Below are positions 1-11,751 of a stretch of DNA of 64,000 nucleotides, one piece after another; positions within the stretch are counted from its first letter, which is position 1, and every line of letters starts with the position of its first letter. The notes beneath the pieces are model-generated. The model did not search any database and was not told the DNA's origin. It worked only from the letters and a program-made list of their open reading frames with translations. Made by a program: the position numbers and the translations under genes. Source of the stretch: Macrostomum lignano (taxonomy: Eukaryota); assembly GCA_002269645.1 (NCBI GenBank), contig NIVC01003223.1:1-64000 (forward strand). The letters run 5' to 3'.

Positions 1-21
1 AGTTTCTTCTGCTCTTAATAG

Positions 22-3000
22 TGCTACTGTATCTGCATCAGTGTGCCACCGCTAAGCTGTCTACAGTGGCACCTGTGTCACCGGCTGCTGGCCTGACTGA
101 CTCTGGGTTGATAACAAAAGGCGCTCCGATGATGGAACAGAATCAATCCGTAGCGACTTTAACTACAACTACTACTACTACCGCTGTATCGCACCTGGCA
201 GTGCTATGTTCTGTCCAACTATCTGATGCGGTTTCCAATGTGTCCACTGGTTTGCTTGCTGGGGACGCTTGTGTAAGTGTGCTGTGTTTTAATTGAGATT
301 TCTCCTATAATCTCTATGAAATTTGTCCTATAATCTCTATGAGATTTGTCCTATAATCTCTATGAGATTTGTCCTATAATCTCTATGAGATTTGTCCTAT
401 AATCTCTATGAGATTTGTCCTATAATCTCTATGAGATTTGTCCTATAATCTCTATGAGATTTATCATGTAATCTCTATGAGAATTGCCCTGTAATCTCTA
501 TGAGAATCGCCCTGTAATCCCCATGAGAATCGACCTGTAATCTCTATGAGAATCGCCCTGTAATCTCTATGAGAATTGCCCTGTAATCTCCATGAGAATC
601 GCCCTGTAATCTCCATGAGAATCGCCCTGTAATCTCTATGAGAATCGCCCTGTAATCCCCATGAGAATCGCCCTGTAATCCCCATGAGAATCGCCCTGTA
701 ATCTCTATGAGAATTGCCCTGTAATCTCCATGAGAATTGCCCTGTAATCTCTATGAGAATCGCCCTGTAATCCCCATGAGAATCGACCTGTAATCTCTAT
801 GAGAATCGCCCTGTAATCTCTATGAGAATTGCCCTGTAATCTCCATGAGAATCGCCCTGTAATCTCCATGAGAATCGCCCTGTAATCTCTATGAGAATCG
901 CCCTGTAATCCCCATGAGAATCGCCCTGTAATCCCCATGAGAATCCCTGTAATCTCTATGAGAATTGCCCTGTAATCTCCATGAGAATTGCCCTGTAATC
1001 TCTATGAGAATTGCCCTGTAATCTCTATGAGAATCGCCTAACTCAGTCTCGAACCTGGATTCATAGGTCTCCCCAATGGCGCATCAGCTGTTAACAATGG
1101 TTCCGAGTCGACTCTTAATACCCCAGATGAAGCTGCTCAGCAGCAGCAGGAGCCAACCAAGCTGGACTTATTCGGCGATTACGACGATGAAGAGGACAGC
1201 ATCCTAGTTGTTGACAACGAGAATCACGAGCCGCCGACTAAACAGATCACTAGTCGAGCACAGTTCATAGACGTTTACATCATCTACATCGGCTTAGGGT
1301 GGGACGTCCACGTTCGACTGTGGTTTGGCAAAGAGAACATAATGAGAAATGCGCATTGTCAGTTTGTCGAGTCCGAATACAGCGACTTGGATTATTTGAC
1401 CACTTTTATGATTGACGAGGTGAGTTGAAACGTTGTAGGCTCATTTCTTTAAGTTGCTGTGTGTTTTGCCTAGAACTCAAGATATCAAAGAACTCAAGAA
1501 CTCAAAAATCCCATCCTAAAAATATAAATAATCCCTAACGAAAAACTGTAAAGATCCCCAACGAAGAATCCTAGGATCCCCACTCCATGAATCCCACAAT
1601 CCCTGCCCATTAATCCCAAGTTCCCCATGCAAAAATTTCAAGATCCCCACTAAACAATCCCCAGATCCTCAACGAAAAATCCCAAGATCCCGACTCCATG
1701 AATCCCAAGATCCCCACTCCATGAATCCCAAGATCCCTACTCCATGAATCCCAAGATCCCCACTCCATGAATCCCAAGATCCCAATTCCATAAATCCCAA
1801 GATCCCCATTCCATAAATCCCAAGATCCCCATTCCATAAATCCCAAGATCCCCATTCCATGAATCCCAAGATCCCAATTCCATAAATCCCAAGATACCGC
1901 TCCATAAATCCAAAGATCCCATTTCATAAATCCCAAGATCGCCATTCCATAAATCCCAAGATATCCAATTCCATAAATCCCAAGATCCCCACTCCATAAA
2001 TCCCAAGATCCCAATTCCATAAATCCCAAGATCCCCATTCCATAAATCCCAAGATCCCCACTCCATAAATCCCAAGATCCCAATTCCATGAATTCCAAGA
2101 TCCCCATTCCATAAATCTCAAGATCCCGCTCCATAAATCCCAAGATCCCCATTCCATAAATCCCAAGATCCCCACTCCATAAATCCCAAGATCCCAATTC
2201 CATAAATCCCAAGATCCCCACTCCATAAATCCCAAGATCCCAATTCCATAAATCCCAAGATCCCCACTCCATAAATCCCAAGATCCCCATTCCATGAATT
2301 CCAAGATCCCCATTCCATAAATCTCAAGATCCCGCTCCATAAATCCCAAGATCCCCATTCCATAAATCCCAAGATCCCCACTCCATAAATCCCAAGATCC
2401 CCATTCCATAAATCCCAAGATCCCCACTCCATAAATCCCAAGATCCCATTCCATGAATTCCAAGATCCCCATTCCATAAATCCCAAGATCCCCATCCCCA
2501 AACGCAAGTCTGTTAGCTTGCGTTTATTTTTTTATTCTCAAAGTATCCACTGCACCTTCTTTACTTTTTTTCGCAGCGTAGTTTTGTTATTTTGTTTTTG
2601 CAATTTAATTATATTTATTGTTACTCGACTATTCTCGCGCGTAATTTCGTTGCTCTCACTACACTGCGTAAGTGCACTGAGTTGCTTTTGTTTTAATTTT
2701 ATTTCTCCTGTTGGTTGCTTTTAACTATGATTTCCTATTTATCTAAGGTGCTGTCAGTTTTCGAGAATTTTTTGGGATATTCATAGATAATTGGTGCGGG
2801 TTGGTAACTTATATTCAGTATTCAAAATCGCTATTGTTTGGTAGCGTTGAACTTAAAAACGATCTTAATGTGTAAGGGACAGTAAATCCGTATCATATTC
2901 CGATTGCTTTCATCTTTTTCGTATTTAAAGAGTCTAAAATTTTCGCTTAAACCACAAAAAATATTCTTGACCCATTTATGAGCAACTAAATAGTCTTCTC

Positions 3001-6000
3001 TTGCTTATCTTATTGTGCTGACCCAGTGAAAAGAATCTTGACCCATTGTTATCACCCCACTGAATAGTATCTTGACTCATTGTCATGACCCACTGAATAG
3101 TATCTTAACCCATTGTCATGACCCACTGAAGTGTACCTTGACCCATTGTCATGACCCACTGAATAGTATCTTGACTCATTGTCATGACCCACTGAATGGT
3201 ATCTTGACCCATTGTCATGACCCACTGAACGGTATCTTGACCCATTGTCATGACCCACTGAATAGTATCTTGACCCATTGTCATGACCCACTGAATGGTA
3301 TCTTGACCCATTGTCATGACCCACTGAATGGTATCTTGACCATTGTCATGACCCACTGAATAGTATCTTGACTCATTGTCATGACCCACTGAATAGTATC
3401 TTGACCCATCGTCATGACCCACTGAAGTGTACCTGACCCATTGTCATGACCCATTAGATTGTACCTTGACCCATTGTCATGACCCACTGAAGTGTACCTT
3501 AACCCATTGTCATGACCCACTGAATAGTATCTTAACCCATTGTCATGACCCACTGAATAGTAACTTGACCCATTGTCATGACCCACTGAAGTGTAACTTG
3601 ACCCATTGTCATGACCACTGAATAGTATCTTGACCCATTGTCATGACCCACTGAAGTGTACCTGACCCATTGTCATGACCCACTGAAGTGTACCTTAACC
3701 CATTGTCATGACCCACTGAAGTGTACCTGACCCATTGTCATGACCCATTGGAGTGTACCTTGACCCATTGTCATGACCCACTGAAGTGTACCTTAACCCA
3801 TTGTCATGACCACTGAATAGTAACTTGACCCATTGTCATGACCCACTGAAGTGTAACTTGACCCATTGTCATGACCCATTGGAGTGTACCTTGACCCATT
3901 GTCATGACCCACTGAAGTGTACCTGACCCATTGTCATGACCCATTGGAGTGTACCTTGACCCATTGTCATGACCCACTGAATAGTATCTTGACCCATTGT
4001 CATGACCCACTGAATAGTAACTTGACCCATTGTCATGACCCACTGAAGTGTAACTTGACCCATTGTCATGACCCACTGAATAGTATCTTGACTCATTGTC
4101 ATGACCCACTGAATAGTATCTTGACCCATCGTCATGACCCACTGAAGTGTACCTGACCCATTGTCATGACCCATTGGATTGTACCTTGACCCATTGTCAT
4201 GACCCACTGAAGTGTACCTTGACCCATTGTCATGACCCACTGAAGTGTAACTTGACTTATTGTCATGACCCACTGAAGTGTACCTTGACCCATTGTCATG
4301 ACCCACTGAAGTGTACCTTAACCCATTGTCATGACCCACTGAAGTGTACCTGACCCATTGTCATGACCCACTGAAGTGTAACTTGACCCGCTATCATGAA
4401 ATATTAAAGAATCCTTACCTGGCAGTAGCATCAAATCTTAGTAGTGTCATCCCAGCTCCATGGTCAGTGTACTTTACCTCGCTCCCCCGTTCTGGCGAAT
4501 AATTCCGCAGGTGTCCGTGTGCAGTCCGGAAGATCGCGCCGAGCTGCACCGTCGCCTGGCCCTGGCCTACGCCGGCCATCCGACCGTATTCGGTTACATT
4601 CAGCGCTATCGTCAGCTCTGCCGCAAGATGGGCTGGCCTGAGCCGCACAAAGACTACGAATCTGCCGTACAGCGCGCTATTAGTCGCAGTCTTGCTACGG
4701 ACTGTGGCAGCGGCAGCGGCGGAGGTCACAACGATGATCCTGCGCCGGCTACAGAGCAAACGACAACCACCGCAGCGACTTCGTCGGTAGCCGCGTCCGC
4801 CGTGACAATCGCTAATAGTACATCCGGAGCCGCTGCTCATCTGCAACAGCAGGCTGTTGTTGCTGGCATTGGTTGGTGCTGCTTGATGAAGACTCTGGAT
4901 AGTCAGTTTGCACTTTTGAAGCTCTAGACAGCCAGTTTGTACTTTAGCAGCCCTAGATGGTCATTTTGCACTCTTGAAACTCTAAACAGCCAGTTTGTAC
5001 TTTAGGAGCCCTAGATGGTCATTTTGCACTTTTGAAACTCTAAACAGCCAGTTTGTACTTTAGGAGCCCTAGATGGTCATTTTGCACTTTTGAAACTAAA
5101 CAGCCAGTTTGTACTTTAGGAGCCCTAGAAACTCTAAACAGCCAGTTTGTACTTTAGGAGCCCTAGATGGTCATTTTGCACTTTTGAAACTCTAAACAGC
5201 CAGTTTGTACTTTAGGAGCCCTAGATGGTCATTTTGTACTTTTGAAACCCTGTGTAATCAGTTTGTGCATCTCGTAGATGGAAAGTTTTACTTTTGGAAC
5301 CCTAGATGACCAGTTTGTACTTTTTAGAGGGCCCTAAATAATCCGTATTTTATTGTACCCCTACCCGGTAAAAAGTAAGGCCATTGAATGGTCAGTTTTT
5401 ACTTTAGGAACCCTAGATTGTAGCTTTGTACTTTTGGCACCATATTTCTTAAAAGTACTTTTAGGGTTGTACTTTAGGACCCTATACGTGGTTTGATTGT
5501 ACTTTTAGGGACCATAGATACTAAAAATGAATGTTCTCAACCCTCTCTGTAAACCAGGTGGCGGCGGCGGCGGCGGCTGGGAGTTGGATCCCAACGTGCT
5601 TAATGAGAAGTTGCTCCTGCTCAGAGAGACCGCCGTGGCAGCCGCAGCCGCCGCACAGAAGTCTCCAACTAAAGAAGAGTTGCCAATTCTTGAAACTGTC
5701 GATAGAGCTGACACCGCAGATAGCGAACCAGCCGCACTAGGAGCACCAGAAGCAGAAGAAAAAGCGGGCACAAAAGTGACGGAAGAGACTGCAACCGACG
5801 ATGCGGCACTGCTGCCGTGCATCACCGACAATCACAGCTGCCAGCTGATGGTGAGGCTGTTAGACTCGAGTGTCTCCCTGTTTGACTCGAGTGTCTCCCT
5901 GTTAGACTCGAGTGTCTCCCTGTTAGACTCGAGTGTCTCCATGTTAGACTCGAGTGTCTCCCTGTTAGACTCGAGTGTCTCCCTGTTAGACTCGAGTGTC

Positions 6001-8301
6001 TCCCTGTCAGACTCGAGTATCTCCCTGTTAGACTCGAGTGTCTCCCTGTTAGACTCGAGTGTCTCCCTGTTAGACTCGAGTGTCTCCCTGTTAGACTCGA
6101 GTGTCTCCCTGTCAGACTCGAGTATCTCCCTGTTAGACTCGAGTGTCTCCCTGTTAGACTCGAGTGTCTCCCTGTTAGACTCGAGTGTCTCCCTGTTAGA
6201 CTCGAGTATCTCCCTGTTAGACTCGAGTATCTCCCTGTTAGACTCGAGTGTCTCCCTGTTAGACTCGAGTGTCTCCCTGTTAGACTCGAGTGTCTCCCTG
6301 TTAGACTCGAGTATCTCCCTGTTAGACTCGAGTGTCTCCCTGTTAGACTGGAGTATCTCCCTGTTATACTGGAGTATCTGCCTGTCACACTGGAGTATCG
6401 CATATCGCCCTATCGCAGGCGGTCCAGCCGGAGAGCTCAGCAGCCGTGGACTGGGAGACAGACCGGCAGGAGTTGCAGCAGCTCAAAGATCGCCTGTTCG
6501 ATTTGTCGGCCGCCAGAGAGCGGGAAAGATTTCGCAAATATCCGCAGGATTTTTATCCCGGAGCTGGCGGCCAGGCGCAGCAGCAGCTCCATCAGCAGCA
6601 GCAGCATTCCCACAGTCAGCTGATGCGGCAGCAGCGAAGCAGACGGAAGCAGCGATCTCGAGCTGACAGCGAACCGCCTGAGGCTGCCGACTTCACCGGA
6701 GCGGCCGCTGCTACGGCTGAAGCGCCGCCGCCTGCTGCAAACGAAGAGGTTGCTGGTGGATTGGCCACAGCGGCAGCTGCGTCGGAGTCCACGGACGAGC
6801 GTCGTTCCGCGTCATCGAATAGAGGGGTGAGTTTTTTTGTCGTTTTGATGGAATTTTCCAATTCTCTTGGCTTTGGGGTCAGTGGAATTTTCCATTTCTC
6901 TTGGCTTTGAGGTCAGTGGAATTTTCCATTTCTCTTGGTTTTGAGGTCAGTGGAATTTTCCATTTCTCTTGGTTTTGAGGTCAGTGGAATTTTTCCATTT
7001 CTCTTTGTTTTGAGGTCAGTGGAATTTTCCATTTCTCTTGGCTTTGGGGTCAGTGGAATTTTCCATTTCTCTTGGTTTTGGGGTCAGTGGAATTTTCCAA
7101 TTCTCTTGGTTTTGAGGTCAGTGGAATTTTCCATTTCTCTTGTTTTGAGGTCAGTGGAATTTTCCATTTCTCTTGGTTTTGAGGTCAGTGGAATTTTCCA
7201 TTTCTCTTTGTTTTGAGGTCAGTGGAATTTTCCATTTCTCTTGGCTTTGGGGTCAGTGGAATTTTCCATTTCTCTTGGTTTTGGGTCAGTGGAATTTTCC
7301 AATTCTCTTGGGTTTGGGGTCAGTGGAATTTTCCAATTCTCTTGGGTTTGGGGTCAGTGGAATTTTCCAATTCTCTTGGGTTTGGGGTCAGTGGAATTTT
7401 CCATTTCTCTTGGCTTTGGGGTCAGTGGAATTTTCCATTTCTCTTGGCTTTGGGACCAGTGGAATTTTCCATATCTTTCAACTTCGCTCCCATTCAGGTC
7501 ATGTCGGATGGCGAGTCGGGTGTCGACGCTGTCGCTGCCGTATCTGCCGCCGCAGGCAGCCAGCGCAGCTCCGGCCTGGTGCTGTCCGTAGCGCCCAGAC
7601 CGGAGGTGCCGCCGAACCCAATCCACTGGGGCTGCTCCCACGACTGCCGGCGCTACCGCCATTGCCGTTGGCACGATCGAAACGATTATTTAAACAAATC
7701 CTACCTGCCGCCCTACCTGATCTCCCGCTGCTATCACTGCCGCGAACAGTCAGCTAAAGAGTGCGGCATCAGCGCCTTCATGCTGTGGTTTCTGCACCTG
7801 CAGCACCAGATTCCCTATCCGTATTTCCTGCAGCAGCGGCTGCGCTACCCGCCTGGCCGGGTTGGCGAGGCCGAGATTCGCTACGAGATGCGGCACCGCG
7901 GCAGGCAGCCGTGCACCTGTCTGCGCGACCGGGCCACGGGACGGCCGCTGGTGATGCCGCCCTGCACGGAGTTCCCCGAGGATTACCTACCGGATGAGGA
8001 GTTCGCCGCCCAGCTAGCGGCGCAGTTTCCTTGGGCTGATAAAGACAATAAGGATAATTATGATGACGCTGAGGCGGCTACTGAGCGATGCTGGATTCAG
8101 CGAATGCTGTCGGCCGGGGATGTGCCACTTCCGGCTAGGCGGCGCAGCACTTCCGGCGATTGCGAATGCGAGCCTTCTGATGCCGCTGATGATGGTGCTG
8201 ATGACACTGGACAGGTTGTCGAAGTTGGAGAGAAACGTCAAGATGTCCTTGACGCCGACGCGTCCGCAGTCACGACTGCGCAAGTGGCCAGTTCCGGTTG
8301 A
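22..8301 (+). CDS. Multi-exon gene of unknown function, 5'-truncated; low-complexity protein with a C-terminal Cys/His-rich region
   Basis: Exons approx 22-272, ~1047-1419, 4511-4871, 5558-5850, 6419-6826, 7498-8301 (stop TGA). From 1419 onward all junctions are GT-AG and in phase (TFMIDE|VSVCSPEDRAELHRRL; phase 1 at 4871/5558; phase 0 at 5850/6419 and 6826/7498). The 272/1047 junction is out of phase, so an alternative acceptor (1067 or 1141) or donor (271) is needed. No family recognised. Confidence 0.65.
295..1040. repeat. Intronic 23-bp minisatellite (GAGATTTGTCCTATAATCTCTAT grading into GAGAATCGCCCTGTAATCTCTAT)
   Basis: Direct tandem copies are visible. The ORFs at 464-938 have 23-aa periodicity. 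Confidence 0.95.
1560..2500. repeat. Intronic 22-bp minisatellite (TCCATAAATCCCAAGATCCCCA)
   Basis: Tandem copies; source of the spurious GILGFMEWGSWDLW ORFs. Confidence 0.95.
3035..4395. repeat. Intronic 33-bp minisatellite (TGACCCATTGTCATGACCCACTGAATAGTATCT and variants)
   Basis: About 40 tandem copies; 11-aa periodic ORFs. Confidence 0.95.
4900..5510. repeat. Intronic degenerate ~58-bp tandem repeat (CAGCCAGTTTGTACTTTAGGAGCCCTAGATGGTCATTTTGCACTTTTGAAACTCTAAA)
   Basis: Several near-perfect copies followed by decayed copies. Confidence 0.85.
5856..6400. repeat. Intronic 21-bp minisatellite (CTGTTAGACTCGAGTGTCTCC)
   Basis: About 25 copies starting just after the GTGAGG donor at 5851; translates as (LLDSSVS)n. 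Confidence 0.95.
6845..7475. repeat. Intronic ~34-bp minisatellite (TTTTGAGGTCAGTGGAATTTTCCATTTCTCTTGG)
   Basis: About 18 tandem copies between donor 6827 and acceptor 7497. Confidence 0.95.
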
Positions 8302-8433
8302 TTTTGATGAACTGGCTTAGCATTGAACTGTCGGTTCATTGTTTGTTTATTTGTGTGCACTACTGTGCTGTGGGCTGATCCTGCCATTGGGTGGCGTGTC
8401 TTTCTGCTGTGTGTCTTTCTCTGGCCTTGGCTT

Positions 8434-8440
8434 GTCTGCC

Positions 8441-8471
<31 letters not shown>

Positions 8472-8842
8472 GTCTATCTGTCTGTCTATCTGTCTGTCTG
8501 TGTCTGTCCGTCTGTCTGTCTGTCTGTGTCTGCCTGTCTGTGTCTGTCCGTCTGTCTGTCTGTCTGTGTCTGCCTGTCTGTCTGCCTTCCTGTCTGTCTG
8601 CCTTCCTGTCTGTCTGTCTGTCTGTCTGTGTCTGTCTGTCTGTCTGCCTGCCTGCCTGTCTGTCTGCCTGTCTGTGTCTGTCTGTCTGTCTGTGTCTATC
8701 TGTCTGTCTGTCTGTCTGTCTGCCTGTCTGTGTCTGTCTGTCTGTCTCTGCCTGTCTGTCTGCCTGTCTGTGTCTGTCTGTCTGTCTGTCTGTCTGCCTG
8801 CCTGTCTGTCTGCCTGTCTGTCTGTCTGTCTGTCTGTGTCTA

Positions 8843-8885
<43 letters not shown>

Positions 8886-9338
8886 GCCTGTCTGTGTCTG
8901 TCTGTCTGTCTGTCTCTGCCTGTCTGTCTGCCTGCCTGTCTTTCTGTCTGTCTGTCTGTCTGTCTCTGCCTGTCTGTCTGCCTGCCTGTCTTTCTGTCTG
9001 TCTGTCTGTCTGTCTCTGCCTGTCTGTCTGCCTGCCTGTCTTTCTGCCTGTCTGTCTGCCTGCCTGTCTTTCTGTCTGTCTGTCTGTCTGCCTGTCTTTC
9101 TGTCTGTCTGTCTGTCTGTCTGTCTTTCTGTCTGTCTGTCTGTCTGTCTCTGCCTGTCTGTCTGCCTGCCTGTCTTTCTGTCTGTCTGTCTGTCTGTCTC
9201 TGCCTGTCTGTCTGCCTGCCTGTCTTTCTGCCTGTCTGTCTGCCTGCCTGTCTTTCTGTCTGTCTGTCTGTCTGTCTGTCTTTCTGTCTGTCTGTCTGCC
9301 TGCCTGTCTTTCTGCCTGTCTGTCTGTCTGCCTGTCTG

Positions 9339-9369
<31 letters not shown>

Positions 9370-9422
9370 GCCTGTCTGTCTGCCTGCCTGTCTTTCTGCC
9401 TGTCTGTCTGTCTGCCTGTCTG

Positions 9423-9503
<81 letters not shown>

Positions 9504-9516
9504 GCCTGCCTGTCTT

Positions 9517-9590
<74 letters not shown>
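8434..9590. repeat. (TCTG)n microsatellite, about 1.15 kb, imperfect
   Basis: Direct reading; explains the ORFs at 8323-9918 (CLSV/TDRQ repeats). Confidence 0.98.
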
Positions 9591-10371
9591 AACATGCCTC
9601 CCTTCCCGTCCGATTGTACGTTGCCATATTTCGCCTACTTTGCCAGTGACCCGCTCTTACTTGTACTCCGAACACTGTCATCCAAGTCAATCGGTGTCCG
9701 CGACTATTTATAATATTATAAATTTCTTCCTGATTTGCTGTGAAAATTTTTATCAATTACGTCTGGCCTCTCAATGCAATTTCAGCTGCAATTTAAATGC
9801 TTTCTCTTTGCCATTTCTTTCTTTAACTGTCCGCCCTTCCACCTTGGCGGGCCCCCGCCCTGTCTCCTACATGCAGATCTGCTGTGTTGCTTTGCCGCTC
9901 TCCGCCTTACTGCTCTAGTTCGTCATAGATTGTAGCTGTGAATTTTTATTGATGAATTTGTACTAATTTTAGTTTTACACCATTATAGTACCTTCAATTA
10001 AATCGATTTTTATTAATACAAATTGTTCCTTTGTGTTGCAGTTTACACACGCATCAATTTATTAATCTGTGATTGTTTTTCTATTCGTTAATTAATCCGA
10101 AATTATTTAATGCATTGCATTGTATTCCTTTTCTTCCTTGACATTTGGTACTACGCTTGCTTATACAGAGCCGAAGGGCTACTAACTAATCTTGCATGCT
10201 ATTTACTAATTGATAATTTTCACCTTTGAGAGTGATAATAACGATTTTATTGGACTTTAGCCAGCTTTTGTCGTGCTTTTTCTGATGTTTTTTAGGTTGG
10301 ATTACTATATTTTTTTGTACGTTGTGCTCGACATTTTACTTGATGTACACTCAACCATTCTGTACGAAACT

Positions 10372-10748
10372 CTCACCCTAGATGTACACGCGGCCTGCCC
10401 CCGCCAACCCCCATTTGGCTCCTCTGGCCCTAGATGTACACACGGCCTGCCCCCGCCAACCCCCATTTGGCTCCTCTTACCCTAGATGTACACACGGTCT
10501 GGCCCCGCCAACCCCCATTTGGCTCCTCTTACCCTAGATGAACACGCGGCCTGCCATCGCCAACCCCCATTGGGCCACTCTTACCCTAGATGTACACGCG
10601 GCCTGCCCCTGCCAACCCCCATTTGGCCCCTCTTACCCTAGATGTACACGCGGCCTACCCCTGCCAACCCCTATTTGGCTCCTCTTACCCTAGATGTACA
10701 CGCGGCCTGCCATCGCCAACCCCCGTTTGGTCCCTCTTACGCTAGATA
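10372..10748. repeat. ~53-bp GC-rich minisatellite (ACCCTAGATGTACACGCGGCCTGCCCCCGCCAACCCCCATTTGGCTCCTCTT)
   Basis: About 7 tandem copies. Confidence 0.9.
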
Positions 10749-11751
10749 TACTCTTCTCTAACTAAACGTGTTCAATTTTTTTCGGATATAGAAGACGCCG
10801 AACTACTGTTAGAAGTTTAGAATAACTTTAGTTTTTTCTTTAAACTTAAAAAAAGTAACTTTTTCTGAGCTTGCTTGCCTTTTCGCTGGCCTTTTTTCAG
10901 CTTTTTTGAAAATTGTTTTTTTTAGTTACCGATTTTTGTGTTTCTTTCCGTCATTTATAGATCTAAAAAAATTGAAACGCCACAATGATGCCTAAATATG
11001 GCTATAATTTTTTATAGTGTTCTGATTCAACCCATTTTCGATTCTTTTTTAATTTATCAATCTATTCAGACTGCACGATCTTCCTTCTGTATATATATTA
11101 TATATAAGTATTTATTGTGTTAGTGTAAAACGCGCTGTAGCCTATTTCGTTGGACAATCGCCATAGCTATTTTAGTCCTACTCTAGCTAGTATAGCTCAT
11201 TTATTCAAGTACAAATCATTATTCACATTGCTTGATGTCAGCATTGCAAATGAATTCAAATTTATTGGAATGGTATGTATAATTTGTTTCATTTGCAATG
11301 CTGCCCAGTTAATACAAACCTTCATGCTAGAAGTTTTGTTACATTGAGAGTTCACGATGTACTACAGAAATATTGTACTTTTTGTTTGGTACACGAGTAA
11401 CTAAAAGTTTTTATTGATTTACTCATTTTTGGTAATATTTGTTTTGATATGCTACTCCTTTTTTCTTTTACTATTAAAGCTTCCGCTGTAAATCTATATT
11501 ACTAAATATAACATTTTTATTAAAATCAATATTTACTTTCCTTTCTGTGTTTATTATTTATTTTTCTTTTTATTCGTATATTGCTTATAGTAGATTAGTT
11601 GCGCAAACAAAAAGTTTCCTACATTTTATTATTTCTACTTACAGTAGGTTGACAATGCTAGCAGTAAAAACAAACTTTTTTTGTAAATATTTCTGCTTTT
11701 CTCTTTTTCGGCTACAAAGAATTAGACTGATTGATAATAATATCATACAGC

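Noticed and set aside
3-60. Apparent signal peptide (FLLLLIVLLYLHQCATA)
   Set aside because: The hydrophobic run coincides with a polypyrimidine tract ending in TAG at 19-21, so it is more likely an intron end than coding sequence.
1560-4395. Arrays resembling CRISPR repeats or repeat proteins
   Set aside because: No unique spacers and no cas genes; the context is a eukaryotic intron.
5527-6666. 379-aa ORF with an (LLDSSVS)n domain
   Set aside because: It reads through an intron with a clear donor (5851) and acceptor (6418). The spliced frame continues coherently, whereas read-through shifts frame.
6845-7475. NF-kB-like GGAATTTTCC in every repeat unit
   Set aside because: Imperfect match to GGGRNNYYCC and no independent support.
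8323-9918. Long 430-530 aa ORFs (CLSV / TDRQ repeats)
   Set aside because: Translations of the (TCTG)n microsatellite, open in several frames; no coding signature.
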